A stretch of DNA of 50,592 nucleotides from Bacilli bacterium (GCA_017480975.1 JAFURK010000011.1:1-50592); one strand, 5' to 3'. Positions 29,974 to 40,069 are shown, counted from the first letter of the stretch. Translations and numbers: made by a program. The notes: a model not told the origin generated them from the sequence alone.

Positions 29974-30099
29974 CTATTTCACTAACTCCTTCACAAAATT
30001 AAACCTATTGTATCACAAAATTATATTAACAACAATCCCTTAACCACTTCTTTATTTATTTAAAATACTTAAATATCTTAATTTTCTAATATAAATAGA

Positions 30100-30666
30100 C
30101 TAATTTCTAGTATTAGAAACTAATCTATTTAATAACCTCTCTGTTTCTTCATGAAATACCTTACCTTTTCTTTCTAACCTTATCTTATTTTCATGAAGAA
30201 ACCTAATCATAGCTTTATCTACATCTTGATAAGCAAGTACTTTTAAGTATTTTACATCTTCTCTACCACTTTCAATCTTATCAGCCATAAATATAATCTT
30301 ATCAAACAAAGTCATATTAACATTACCAATCGTATGATATCTAATTGCCTGTGCTATCTCTTCGTTAACTCCATATACTTCTTTTGCTACTATCCAACCT
30401 ATTTCAGCATGAACAATCTTAATATTCTTACTATTTAACCAATCACTAGATAAATTATATTTCTTTACCCATTTTTTATTTTCTTCTAAACTAAATTCTT
30501 TAGCTACATCATGAAGTAATCCTGCCATATAAGCATTCTCCTCATCTTCTTTATATACATGTGCCAACAATTTAGCCTCTTCTGCCACTCTAACACAGTG
30601 CAAATAGCGCCCTTTCGATAAATTTTCCTTTAACTTATTTTTTATTCTTTTCACCCTATCCATCAT
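30100..30666 (-). CDS. yqeK: HD-domain Ap4A hydrolase YqeK family
   Basis: GRYLHCVRVAEEA, GLLHDVAKE, VHAEIG, RYHT, ADKIE. Confidence 0.8.
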   Translation of the reverse strand: MMDRVKRIKNKLKENLSKGRYLHCVRVAEEAKLLAHVYKEDEENAYMAGLLHDVAKEFSLEENKKWVKKYNLSSDWLNSKNIKIVHAEIGWIVAKEVYGVNEEIAQAIRYHTIGNVNMTLFDKIIFMADKIESGREDVKYLKVLAYQDVDKAMIRFLHENKIRLERKGKVFHEETERLLNRLVSNTRN

Positions 30667-30671
30667 ATCAC

Positions 30672-31604
30672 CTACTTTTTAAAATGCTTATCAAGCCATA
30701 TCAAAATATCTTCATAAATACTTTCACAAACATCCTCATGTAAAATATCATGACGTAAATCAGGATACAATTTCATTTCTACATCTTTTATCCCATTTTT
30801 CTTAAAACTATTATAAACCTTAGTAACCCCTTTTCCATTAGCGCCAACCGCATCTCTATCACCAGATAAAAGTAAAACTGGTACATCTTTATTCATCTTT
30901 AAAACATTTTCATCCTGCGCAACAAAATCCATTCCTGTAAGCATTTCCCTAAAAAGACCTGACGATAAATCTCCACCTCTTAGTGAATCAGCCATATACT
31001 CATCAATACTCCTTTCGCTAGAACATAACCAATCATATTTTGTTCGATTAGGTTTAAACTTACTATTATATGTATCAAAAGTAAGTTTTCTTATCATTGC
31101 ACTAGAATTATCTTCCCCAAACTTTTTAGCCTCTTTATTAGCAATCATTTTAGCAAGAAGCAACTCAATTTTAGCATTTTGCCCTGTTCCTAACAAAATT
31201 ACCCCATCAAAATCATTATTATAATTAATTACATAATTTCTAGTTAAAAATGACCCCAAAGAAAAGCCTAATATATAACAAGAAATATCCCCAAACTCTT
31301 CATTAATCATATTTCTACAAGTCTTTAAATCCTCTAAAACAAAATTCCAACTACCAATTGGGCCAAAATACATTGATTTCTTATTCACTGAAATCGACTT
31401 TCCATGTCCCAAAAGATCAATACCAACTACCCCAATACCTTTGCTAACAAAATACTTAGCAAAATTTTCATATCTTAAAATATGTTCTGTTACCCCATGA
31501 ACAACCATTATAATAGCCTTAAGCCCCGTATCAGGCATCCACTTTACCCCATGAATTTGTGTCTCTTTATCATAAGACAAAAATGAAAACTCTTCTTTTT
31601 TCAA
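30672..31604 (-). CDS. alpha/beta hydrolase (lysophospholipase/monoacylglycerol lipase-like)
   Basis: HGVTEH, nucleophile elbow GFSLGS, late D and H (GDRD, LRHDILHE). Confidence 0.8.
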   Translation of the reverse strand: MKKEEFSFLSYDKETQIHGVKWMPDTGLKAIIMVVHGVTEHILRYENFAKYFVSKGIGVVGIDLLGHGKSISVNKKSMYFGPIGSWNFVLEDLKTCRNMINEEFGDISCYILGFSLGSFLTRNYVINYNNDFDGVILLGTGQNAKIELLLAKMIANKEAKKFGEDNSSAMIRKLTFDTYNSKFKPNRTKYDWLCSSERSIDEYMADSLRGGDLSSGLFREMLTGMDFVAQDENVLKMNKDVPVLLLSGDRDAVGANGKGVTKVYNSFKKNGIKDVEMKLYPDLRHDILHEDVCESIYEDILIWLDKHFKK

Positions 31605-31687
31605 ATAAATTACCTCCTTTTACTATTTAACATTATTATACTCCACAATTTAAAGAAAAGCTACCACTTAATCACCTAAATCCTTAA

Positions 31688-31716
31688 AGAAAAAAGACTA
31701 GTTTTAACACTAATCT
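31688..31716 (-). terminator. terminator after the deacetylase gene
   Basis: Minus strand: AGATTAGT-GTTAAA-ACTAGTCT followed by TTTTTTC. Confidence 0.55.
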
Positions 31717-31724
31717 AATCATTA

Positions 31725-33044
31725 CTAACTAACATAACTAATAAAATTTTCCATTGTTGTATACTTTGTAATCACATATCTAGGAATTTTATACTTATCC
31801 TGACCAACTCTTACTGTATTATCCCGAAATTCTCCCGCAAACGCCATCGTAAAACCAGCCTGTTTTAACAATGATATTGCTCTTTCATTATAATCATAAA
31901 AAGGATAACAAAAATAAGTAGTATTATTCAAACTCTCACGACTTTTTTTCAAATCTTCTAAAATTGTCTTCTCATCAAAACAAGTAATTCCTCCTCTAAA
32001 ACTACTATTAGGACAATCATCACCACTACTTAACCCATGCATACCCCATGTATGTGAATGGACTTCCAAATACTCTGAAACATAATCATTTGGACTAGCC
32101 AAACTACCAATTAAAAATAACGTTCCTAATATCTGATACTTTTCAAAAATTGCAATTGATCTAGCCACATACCAACCATCATCAATTGTAATACTAACAC
32201 TTTTCTCAGGCAATTGTATCTTACCATCAATAAATAATTCTAAATCTCTCATTGATACCGCATAATAGCCATTATCCTTTAAATACTTAATATGACTATC
32301 AAACATGGTATCAGTAATACAAATAGATTGAACACACTCATTCAATTCTCCATTTTCATTACTAGCACTAACTGTAAAATGATAATTCAAAACTGCCAAA
32401 CCATCCGTATGTCCTAAATCAGTATTCGTACTTTCTACCAAACTTTTAATATCATTACTATTAACATAAACTAAACTATTATTATATTCAATTCCATATC
32501 TATCACTATCTTTAATAATAATAGGATAACTCCCACCATTTACCTCATAATAATTATTATCGCTTATATATAACTTTGCCCCATCCTTTAAAACAACATT
32601 CTCATTATAAACAATATAATTATTATAATATTTATATTCCCCCTTCTTAGCACTTAACCTATCAATAGCACTAACCTCATTATACTTAACATAATAATCA
32701 CTATCTAATACTTTAAAATATTTATCAACGACTTCATAAGTACTATCCAAAGAAATTTCTATTTCCCCATAAGCAGTACTAGCCACTTCATAACCATTTT
32801 CTTTCTTAACATATATACTAGCTCCATCCTGTAACTTAACAAAATCATGATAACTCTTTTTAATTCCAACCAAATCTATTTTTTTATCATCCCTTTTAAC
32901 TAGCTTTTCTGTATTATAATTATTTTCTACATAATAATTATATCCAAAAGAAACTACTACACCAACCATCAAAGAAACCAAACCACTAAATACAACCAGA
33001 TTCTTATGATTCTTTTTTCTCTTTCTAATATTCTTTTTAGCCAC
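31725..33044 (-). CDS. membrane-anchored polysaccharide deacetylase (NodB domain)
   Basis: N-terminal TM helix, SH3-like spacer, VLNYH, SITIDDGW (NodB Asp-Asp motif), HSHTWGMH. Confidence 0.8.
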   Translation of the reverse strand: MAKKNIRKRKKNHKNLVVFSGLVSLMVGVVVSFGYNYYVENNYNTEKLVKRDDKKIDLVGIKKSYHDFVKLQDGASIYVKKENGYEVASTAYGEIEISLDSTYEVVDKYFKVLDSDYYVKYNEVSAIDRLSAKKGEYKYYNNYIVYNENVVLKDGAKLYISDNNYYEVNGGSYPIIIKDSDRYGIEYNNSLVYVNSNDIKSLVESTNTDLGHTDGLAVLNYHFTVSASNENGELNECVQSICITDTMFDSHIKYLKDNGYYAVSMRDLELFIDGKIQLPEKSVSITIDDGWYVARSIAIFEKYQILGTLFLIGSLASPNDYVSEYLEVHSHTWGMHGLSSGDDCPNSSFRGGITCFDEKTILEDLKKSRESLNNTTYFCYPFYDYNERAISLLKQAGFTMAFAGEFRDNTVRVGQDKYKIPRYVITKYTTMENFISYVS

Positions 33045-33188
33045 AAATTCACTCCTCTACTTAACTTTAGTATACCATACCACCAATAAAATTACTATTA
33101 AAAACTAAAATAGTCAAAAATTTAGGTATCCGTTATATTTATTTTTCCCAATTTTTAATAAAATATATTGAAAAGAGGTGATTATTTT

Positions 33189-33338
33189 ATGTATGGTTAT
33201 GGATATCCAGGTTATGGATACGGATATGGATGTGGTGGTGATGGAAACTGGTTTCTAATTATTATCATCGTTCTAATTATTTTCTTTGTATTATTCTGCA
33301 ATGATGGAATACATAGACATCATGATTGCTGCCGCTAA
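33189..33338 (+). CDS. 49-aa Gly/Tyr-rich membrane micro-protein (YjcZ-like composition), not in the ORF track
   Basis: MYGYGYPGYGYGYGCGGDGNWFLIIIIVLIIFFVLFCNDGIHRHHDCCR. SD AAGAGGTGA lies 7 nt upstream of ATG 33189, and a terminator follows immediately. Confidence 0.55.
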   Translation: MYGYGYPGYGYGYGCGGDGNWFLIIIIVLIIFFVLFCNDGIHRHHDCCR

Positions 33339-33344
33339 TAAATT

Positions 33345-33370
33345 GCACATGAAAATGTGCTTTTTCTTTT
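33345..33370 (+). terminator. rho-independent terminator of the micro-ORF
   Basis: GCACAT-GAAA-ATGTGC followed by TTTTTCTTTT. Confidence 0.65.
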
Positions 33371-33584
33371 ATATCAAAATGCTTATCAAGACTATTATTA
33401 CCAAACAAAGGTCAAAAATAAAATTCTATTAAATTTTATTTTTTGACGTATCTTACCTCACGGTAAGATTTTTCTGCTTCATTGACCTTCTATTGAAGCT
33501 TCGACGAGAGACTTAAAATCCGACAGTCGCTGCCGTACTAAATAACTGCTAATGTCTAGCAGAAAAATTTGTTCGTCTTTTTAC

Positions 33585-33659
33585 TTAAGCAAAATTATTA
33601 AAATGTATTTTTAATCCTTCAAACATTATATTTATACTGGCATTTAGATCTCTATCCAT
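33585..33659 (-). pseudogene. tnpB: C-terminal tail of tnpB
   Basis: (M)DRDLNASINIMFEGLKIHFNNFA-stop resembles the TnpB C-terminus (DRDxNAAxNI). It is fused directly after the truncated tnpA. Confidence 0.6.
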
Positions 33660-33669
33660 TTGATTATTA

Positions 33670-33927
33670 CACTACTTTTTCCTTTAAATATCCCATAAAT
33701 GAAGAAATACTTAATTTTGGTAGAATTTATACAAACATATGCACATGATCTACACATACTTCTGCAGTAATTATATTCACTTCTTTCCTTCTACATAATT
33801 TTCTTAAAATTTTTCCTATTTCTAATCTATTCGCGCCGTAAAATTCTTTTCTTCTATATTTCGGTGCAAACACAATATGGTATTTACAATTCCATTTTGT
33901 ATGTGATAAACTATTAATGTCCTTCAT
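33670..33927 (-). pseudogene. tnpA: tnpA (Y1 transposase) with an in-frame stop and truncation
   Basis: MKDINSLSHTKWNCKYHIVFAPKYRRKEF..VCVDHVHMFV-TAA-ILPKLSISSFMGYLKEKVV-stop; the rest of the gene is missing. Confidence 0.75.
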
Positions 33928-34105
33928 TGGACTTATCTCCTTTGCTTATTTAATTGCAGTTGGCAGACCGCAATTATATTATAGCAAAGGAGATTTCATT
34001 TATCAAATACTCATCGCTTAAGCTAAACGGAACCCCCAGACTATCCGGGGGTTCTTTACACAAAAAACTAGTCAAATATAAATACAAGTGACTAGTTTTC
34101 TATTA

Positions 34106-35932
34106 TTAAAAATTATGCTTACTAAAATATTTATCTCTATCTAAAGTTTTCTTCCATTTCTTTTTCATATATTCTTGCTCACTTAGAAATCTTTCATGTT
34201 TCTCTTTTGATGCTTCATAACCTCTACTCTTACTTTCATAATGAAGCATCTCTACATTAGATAAACAAACATTATAATAGCCTTTATCTAATACTTTTAA
34301 ATTTAAATCAACATCATTTAAAGCAACTTTTAGCTTTTCATCAAAACCCTTTACTTCATCAAATTTAGATTTTTTAATCATAAGACATGCTGCTGTTACC
34401 GCCGTATAATTATATGGCATAACTAATCTACCAAATAATCCATTATCTTGATAACTATTAGCAACATATATATGGCCAGCAACTCCCCCAAAACCTAATA
34501 CAACCCCCGCATGTTGAACCTGTTTATTTGGATAAAGTAACTTAATTCCAACACACCCAACATGTTTCTGTCTAGCATAACCAACCATATATTCAATTGT
34601 ATCACCTTGAATAAATTCTGTATCATTATTTAAAAATAATAAATATTCCCCCTTAGCTATCTTAACAGCTTCATTATTAATATAAGAATAATTAAATTCA
34701 CACTCTAATCTCTCTACCCTAAAATTATCATACTTTTCCTTATATTCATCTAACAAATCAAAAGTTTCTTTCTCACAACTATTATTATCTATAACAATAA
34801 CCTCAAAGTTCTTATAAGTATTTTTATTATAAATAGATTCAAAGCACCTTCTACTAACCTTAGCCTGATCCTTCATTGGTATTATTATTGATACCAACTT
34901 ATTATCACTTTCATATTTAACCAAATAAGTACTAACCCTAGGATTATCTAATACTTCTCCCTTTATCTTTCTCCTCTTTAAAGCATCTTCTAATGCCCTT
35001 TTACCAGCCTGATAAGCATAACTCTTATTCCCCAAATAACCAGCCGTTGAAGTAGCGGTCTGACGCCAATGATATAAAACTTTCTCAATATGATAAATTT
35101 TATTCGTATTCTCAACTACTCTCAAAAATAAATCATAATCTTGACTACCATCATACTTTTTACGAAAACCACCTAATTTATCAACTAAACTCTTCCTCAA
35201 CACACATAAGTGACAAATATAATTAACTCCCATTAACGTATCTGGAGAATAATCTGGTTTAAAATGTGGTTCCATATAATTACCTTTAAAATCAATCTTA
35301 TCCTCATCACTATAAATCATATCTAAATCTTTATTATTATTAAGTGCATCTACCACATAATATAAAGCATCTTTTTCCACTACATCATCATTATCAACTA
35401 ATGCAATAAACTCTCCCATAGCTATCTTTATAGCCGTATTACTAGCTTCACTTATCATTCCGTTTTTCTTGCGATAAACAACCTTAACCTGATTATATTT
35501 CTCTTCATATTCTTTTAGTACTTCTAAAGTCTCTTCACTAGTAGAACAATCATCAGCAATACAAACTTCAAAATTCTTATAACTTTGATTTAATAAGCTA
35601 TTCAAACATTCCTCTAATAATTCCTTAGAAACATTATAAGTAGGCACAATAAAACTAATAAGTGGATTATATTTAAAATCCTTATACTCAATATCTTCCT
35701 TACTATCATTAAACCATTTCATATAAGCATTCTGATTTACAAATAAATTAGAAGTACTGTTCCCTCGCTTTAAAGCCACTACAAAAGAACGAATATATTT
35801 CATCATCACCCTAGGTGGTATTAAAAAATGATGCCTATACCATGCAAAATAAATAGCTTTCTTCCCCAAATAAATAACTTTTTCAAATTTAGAAAGGACT
35901 TTTCTATAAATAAAACTTTGTTGTTTTTCCAT
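34106..35932 (-). CDS. two-domain family 2 glycosyltransferase
   Basis: Two GT2 modules: ISFIVPTYNVSKELLEECLNSLLNQSY..DDCS..DNDD and VSIIIPMKD..FEVIVIDNNS..NNDT. The track GTG start lies in the SD GAGGTGG; ATG 35932 is likelier. Confidence 0.85.
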   Translation of the reverse strand: MEKQQSFIYRKVLSKFEKVIYLGKKAIYFAWYRHHFLIPPRVMMKYIRSFVVALKRGNSTSNLFVNQNAYMKWFNDSKEDIEYKDFKYNPLISFIVPTYNVSKELLEECLNSLLNQSYKNFEVCIADDCSTSEETLEVLKEYEEKYNQVKVVYRKKNGMISEASNTAIKIAMGEFIALVDNDDVVEKDALYYVVDALNNNKDLDMIYSDEDKIDFKGNYMEPHFKPDYSPDTLMGVNYICHLCVLRKSLVDKLGGFRKKYDGSQDYDLFLRVVENTNKIYHIEKVLYHWRQTATSTAGYLGNKSYAYQAGKRALEDALKRRKIKGEVLDNPRVSTYLVKYESDNKLVSIIIPMKDQAKVSRRCFESIYNKNTYKNFEVIVIDNNSCEKETFDLLDEYKEKYDNFRVERLECEFNYSYINNEAVKIAKGEYLLFLNNDTEFIQGDTIEYMVGYARQKHVGCVGIKLLYPNKQVQHAGVVLGFGGVAGHIYVANSYQDNGLFGRLVMPYNYTAVTAACLMIKKSKFDEVKGFDEKLKVALNDVDLNLKVLDKGYYNVCLSNVEMLHYESKSRGYEASKEKHERFLSEQEYMKKKWKKTLDRDKYFSKHNF

Positions 35933-35946
35933 TAATACCACCTCTT

Positions 35947-37095
35947 TTATTTAAAAACTTGTTTATATTGGTCTACAATTTTTTCCCAAGTAAAATTATT
36001 CTCATATAGCTTTTTAGCTTCACTACCTAAAGTTTTTTTACTACTATCAAGTAACTTTTTATTATTTAAAAGTGTGACTAAACTTCCCTTATCTTTAAAA
36101 TAAAGACAAGTATCACCACCTATATCGCGATTATAACACACATCATATAAAATATTCAAATCCGTCAAAGATATAGCTTCAATCAAACTAGGATTAGTTC
36201 CTCCTACTGAATGACCATGAATATATAAATAAGCATTCTTTCTAATTACTGCCAACTTATCTTGATTATAAACCCCATTAATAAATTTAATTCTCTTATC
36301 CTTATCACAACCAGTAACATTAACTAGTTCCTGATAATAATTACTACTACTCAAATTACTAATAATAATCAAATCTTTCTTAACCTTACTATTCATAAAC
36401 TCCCTAATCACTAACTCATAATTATTTTCCGGAACACATCTACCAACCATTAAACAATAACCATCTTTTTTTAATTTATACTCCTTTAAAATAGCACTCT
36501 CATCTATCTCAGTAAAATCTACTTTTCTAGCCCCATAAGCTATATAAGTAGTTTTACCCTTTAACTTCTTATACTTCTCTTCAACATACTTTTGAATTCC
36601 TAAACCATCACAAATAACTTTATCACAATGATTAAGCATTGACCACTCCGATAACAAAAAACAAACCTGAACTACCTTATTCCACTTACTCCTCCTATGC
36701 TCTAACCCATCTGGATTAACCATTATCTTAACATTGTATTTCCTTCTAAGCATTTTATTAAACCATAACAATGGTCCTAATTTTAACCCCAAAACATATA
36801 TATAACAATCCCTTAAATTATTATCTTTAATATATTTTAAAACATAAACATACGATTTCATTGCATAAAAGAACATTTTTGGACTAGATTTTGTTTTAAC
36901 ATAAATAGGACTTAAAAACAAATTATCATCTAATTTTTCCATAATTTTATCTCTTTGACTATCACTTGATAACTCTCCAACATAAAACCTAGTCTCTTTA
37001 TCACCGTAATAATCAACCAAATTACTAACAAAAGTTTCCCAACCTCCATAATTAGCATGATACCCTCTAGCGCCAACTATAAATATATTTCTCAT
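35947..37095 (-). CDS. GT1-type glycosyltransferase with DUF1972-like N-terminus (RgpA/WchF-like rhamnosyltransferase class)
   Basis: MRNIFIVGARGYHANYGGWETFVSNL N-terminus; C-terminal GHSVGGTNPSLIEA (GT4 E-x7-E region). Confidence 0.75.
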   Translation of the reverse strand: MRNIFIVGARGYHANYGGWETFVSNLVDYYGDKETRFYVGELSSDSQRDKIMEKLDDNLFLSPIYVKTKSSPKMFFYAMKSYVYVLKYIKDNNLRDCYIYVLGLKLGPLLWFNKMLRRKYNVKIMVNPDGLEHRRSKWNKVVQVCFLLSEWSMLNHCDKVICDGLGIQKYVEEKYKKLKGKTTYIAYGARKVDFTEIDESAILKEYKLKKDGYCLMVGRCVPENNYELVIREFMNSKVKKDLIIISNLSSSNYYQELVNVTGCDKDKRIKFINGVYNQDKLAVIRKNAYLYIHGHSVGGTNPSLIEAISLTDLNILYDVCYNRDIGGDTCLYFKDKGSLVTLLNNKKLLDSSKKTLGSEAKKLYENNFTWEKIVDQYKQVFK

Positions 37096-37118
37096 AACAT
37101 CACATCTTTTCTTACTTA

Positions 37119-37147
37119 ATTATAACAAAGAATATTATTTTGTTCAA
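37119..37147 (-). promoter_or_regulatory. internal promoter for the last two glycosyltransferase genes
   Basis: Minus strand: TTGAAC (37147-37142), 17 nt ending in TGT, TATAAT (37124-37119), i.e. an extended -10. Confidence 0.45.
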
Positions 37148-37190
37148 TTTCTTTACTATAAAATGCTTTAAATTCTTAATTCTTTATTTT

Positions 37191-37240
37191 AAAATAAAAA
37201 CCTATAAAATATATTAATCCCCCAATATATCTAATAGGTT
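37191..37240 (-). terminator. two-tier hairpin terminator after the 587-aa membrane protein gene
   Basis: Minus strand: AACCTAT-TAG-ATATATT-GGGGGATT-AATATAT-TTT-ATAGGTT followed by TTTATTTT. Confidence 0.5.
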
Positions 37241-37260
37241 ATATTTCAACTATTAATAAA

Positions 37261-39024
37261 TCATTTCTTCTTTAAAATAGCCCCATCTTCATTACTATAT
37301 AAAACCTCATAATTATCTTTATCATAATCAACAACACTATCTTCATAAAAATATACTAAACAATCATAATTAGCTAAATTTTCCCAAAATCTAAAACCTA
37401 TATTAGTCTCATATAATTGATGATGATCCACATATTGATAATTAAATACTGGTATACTTCCCGTATAAGAATAAAACCAAAAATTCTTAAACTTACTTCC
37501 TAATATTAAAAATTCATTCTTATACTCACAAATATCCTTATACTTAACACTTTCATCCATTATTTCTAATTCACTCTCAGTAAAAATAATTCTATCCTCA
37601 TTAAACGTTCTTATATTCCAATTATAAATATTAATAGTAGTTAAAAACAATGTAACTTTAGAATTAGGAAAATAATAAACTATCCCCATCCCAACTAATA
37701 TCAAACTAAAAATCACATAAACATACTTTTTCCATTTAACTAACAATTGCCCCAAGAAAATAATAACAAAAAACCAATATAAATAGAATAACTTATAAAA
37801 ATAATACACTTCTGACAATTTAAATATATATAGAACAAAAAATATTAATATGTATATTGAGATAATATATAAATTAAGCTTAAAATAATCTATCTTTTCT
37901 TTATACCTTACTAATTTATAAATAATAATTCCTGAAACAACAAAAAACAAATACATTGGTGTAATATTACTATAAATATACCAATACAAATTAATCTTCT
38001 TTAAAATACTCATACTACTCTCATTTATAAAACTAGGTAAAACAAAATAAACAATTCCAATTATAAATGGAATAATTAATGTAACAATACCATATAAAAA
38101 TAACTTACCTACAGAAATTTTATTCTTTTTCCATAAATATATATAATAAATGCCTAAGGCCAAATAAACACATGGCATAAATAAATAATAAGAAAAAAAT
38201 AATGAAAAAGTTAAAATAAACAACATAATTAACTTAAATAATATTTGTTCATTAAAATCCTTAAAATAACTAACTGTTAAAAATAACAAATTAATAGCCA
38301 TAATTCCCAATCCCAAATAACAAAAGCCAAAAACAAGATTATTTAATGGAAACGCTAATAAATATAATAAAGTCAAAATAAAACAATAAAATATATGAAC
38401 ACTCTTTTTCTGAAACAAATTAAATATAGTAATAAAAAACAACAAAGAACTTAATATCAAACATAAAACATCATAAATAACAAATACCTTATAACTAGAA
38501 AATTCAGAAAAAACATTTAATAATAATCCACTATTAATATAAGATATAGGCATAAAACGATTAAAATCATTATAAACTAAATCCTTAGAATTATTAGTAT
38601 CTAATATCTCTAACTCCCTTGCAAAATGCAATGCACTTCGATAATGAATCGCCGGATCACCAGTTTCATAATTTATAATCTTAAATCCAGAAAATCTAAA
38701 AAAACCTACTAAAAATGCAACTATTAATACACAACAAACAGTAATCAACTCTTTTTTACAAATAGTAAACTTCTGTATCTCTTTCCTACGAAAGCTAATA
38801 AAATTAAGAATGGAACCTATTCCATAATTAAATAAACTAAGTACTAACAAACTTCCATTAATTTTAAAAAAACTATAAAAACAAACAATAACTGTATTAT
38901 AACAAAATAATAAACAAATTGTATAAATAACACTAGAAACAATACTTAACTTTTTATTCGTTTTTTTTAACAATAAAAATGATATTATCAAATAAAATAC
39001 TGATAAAAGATAAACAACCTTCAT
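37261..39024 (-). CDS. 587-aa polytopic membrane protein with a C-terminal soluble domain (candidate GT-C glycosyltransferase or polymerase)
   Basis: At least 12 hydrophobic segments over ~440 aa, then a ~140-aa hydrophilic tail. It sits between galE/gtrA-like and glycosyltransferase genes. Confidence 0.55.
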   Translation of the reverse strand: MKVVYLLSVFYLIISFLLLKKTNKKLSIVSSVIYTICLLFCYNTVIVCFYSFFKINGSLLVLSLFNYGIGSILNFISFRRKEIQKFTICKKELITVCCVLIVAFLVGFFRFSGFKIINYETGDPAIHYRSALHFARELEILDTNNSKDLVYNDFNRFMPISYINSGLLLNVFSEFSSYKVFVIYDVLCLILSSLLFFITIFNLFQKKSVHIFYCFILTLLYLLAFPLNNLVFGFCYLGLGIMAINLLFLTVSYFKDFNEQILFKLIMLFILTFSLFFSYYLFMPCVYLALGIYYIYLWKKNKISVGKLFLYGIVTLIIPFIIGIVYFVLPSFINESSMSILKKINLYWYIYSNITPMYLFFVVSGIIIYKLVRYKEKIDYFKLNLYIISIYILIFFVLYIFKLSEVYYFYKLFYLYWFFVIIFLGQLLVKWKKYVYVIFSLILVGMGIVYYFPNSKVTLFLTTINIYNWNIRTFNEDRIIFTESELEIMDESVKYKDICEYKNEFLILGSKFKNFWFYSYTGSIPVFNYQYVDHHQLYETNIGFRFWENLANYDCLVYFYEDSVVDYDKDNYEVLYSNEDGAILKKK

Positions 39025-39044
39025 ATATTAACGACACCTTTCAA

Positions 39045-40055
39045 CTACTCTTCAATTCTATTCTTTAAATAAAAATTATAACTATCACGAACCATATCTT
39101 TTATTCCAAATTTTGCTTTAAATCCTAATTCTTCATAAGCTTTGGTTACATCAGCATAACAAATCGCCACATCACCATCTCTTCTTTCCTTTATCTTATA
39201 TAAAATTTTTATATCATTTTCTCTTTCAAAAGCCTCAATTATATCAAAAACACTATAACCGATACCAGTACCCAAATTATAAATAAATACACCCTTGTCT
39301 TTAACTACTTTCTCGAGAGCCTTAACATGTCCAATCGCTAAATCAACCACATGGATATAATCTCTAACCCCTGTACCATCTTTTGTTGGATAATCATTTC
39401 CAAAAATATTTAAATATTCTAATTCTTTACTAGCAACTTTAACTATATAAGGCATCAAATTATTTGGAACCCCATTTGGATTATCACCAATTAAACCACT
39501 TTTATGAGCTCCTATCGGATTAAAATATCGTAAAATAACTATACTAAAATTTGGATCAGCTATACTCAAATCTTGCAAAATATGCTCAACAAATAATTTT
39601 GTTGTACCATATGGATTAGTAGTACCACCAACCGGACTAGTCTCTTTAATAGGTACTATCTTAGCATTTCCATATACTGTAGCACTACTACTAAAAATAA
39701 TCTTTTTAACATCACATTCTTTCATCACACTAAGCAAAACTAAAGTACTATCTAAATTATTTTGATAATACTCAAGCGGCATCTTAACCGATTCTCCCAC
39801 AGCTTTTAAGCCAGCAAAATGTATTACCACATCAATTCTATGCTTATTAAAAATACTTATAAGTAATTTTTCATCTTGAACATTACCTTCATAAAAAATA
39901 ATTTCTTTACCAATAATCTTAGTTATTCTATCAATTACTTCTCGTTTAGAATTAACTAAATTATCAATAACAACTACATCATACCCCAATTCAAGTAATT
40001 CAACACAAGTATGACTACCTATATAACCACATCCCCCAGTTACCAATACTGTCAT
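39045..40055 (-). CDS. galE: UDP-glucose 4-epimerase
   Basis: VLVTGGCGYIGSH Rossmann motif, SSSATVYG, YGTTK (YxxxK), full-length collinearity with GalE. The ATG at 40055 is preferred over 40073. Confidence 0.9.
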   Translation of the reverse strand: MTVLVTGGCGYIGSHTCVELLELGYDVVVIDNLVNSKREVIDRITKIIGKEIIFYEGNVQDEKLLISIFNKHRIDVVIHFAGLKAVGESVKMPLEYYQNNLDSTLVLLSVMKECDVKKIIFSSSATVYGNAKIVPIKETSPVGGTTNPYGTTKLFVEHILQDLSIADPNFSIVILRYFNPIGAHKSGLIGDNPNGVPNNLMPYIVKVASKELEYLNIFGNDYPTKDGTGVRDYIHVVDLAIGHVKALEKVVKDKGVFIYNLGTGIGYSVFDIIEAFERENDIKILYKIKERRDGDVAICYADVTKAYEELGFKAKFGIKDMVRDSYNFYLKNRIEE

Positions 40056-40069
40056 AACTTTCCCTTCTC

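Larger units (their letters stand above)
33420..34060 (-). mobile_element. internally deleted IS200/IS605-family element remnant
   Basis: It contains a tnpA 5' part, a tnpB 3' tail, a GC-richer structured 3' region and left-end hairpins. One hairpin sequesters the SD: ATCTCCTTTGCT (33994-33983) pairs with AGCAAAGGAGAT (33946-33935). The other is GC-rich: GAACCCCC..GGGGGTTC (34030-34054). Confidence 0.7.

Noticed and set aside
29804-30043. Plus-strand ORF 29804..30043
   Set aside because: It lies antisense to the 168-aa ORF and has hydrophobic low-complexity composition.
33045-33188. Sporulation-sigma promoter for the micro-ORF
   Set aside because: I could not find a convincing SigE/K/F/G -35/-10 pair by eye, so it is left uncalled.
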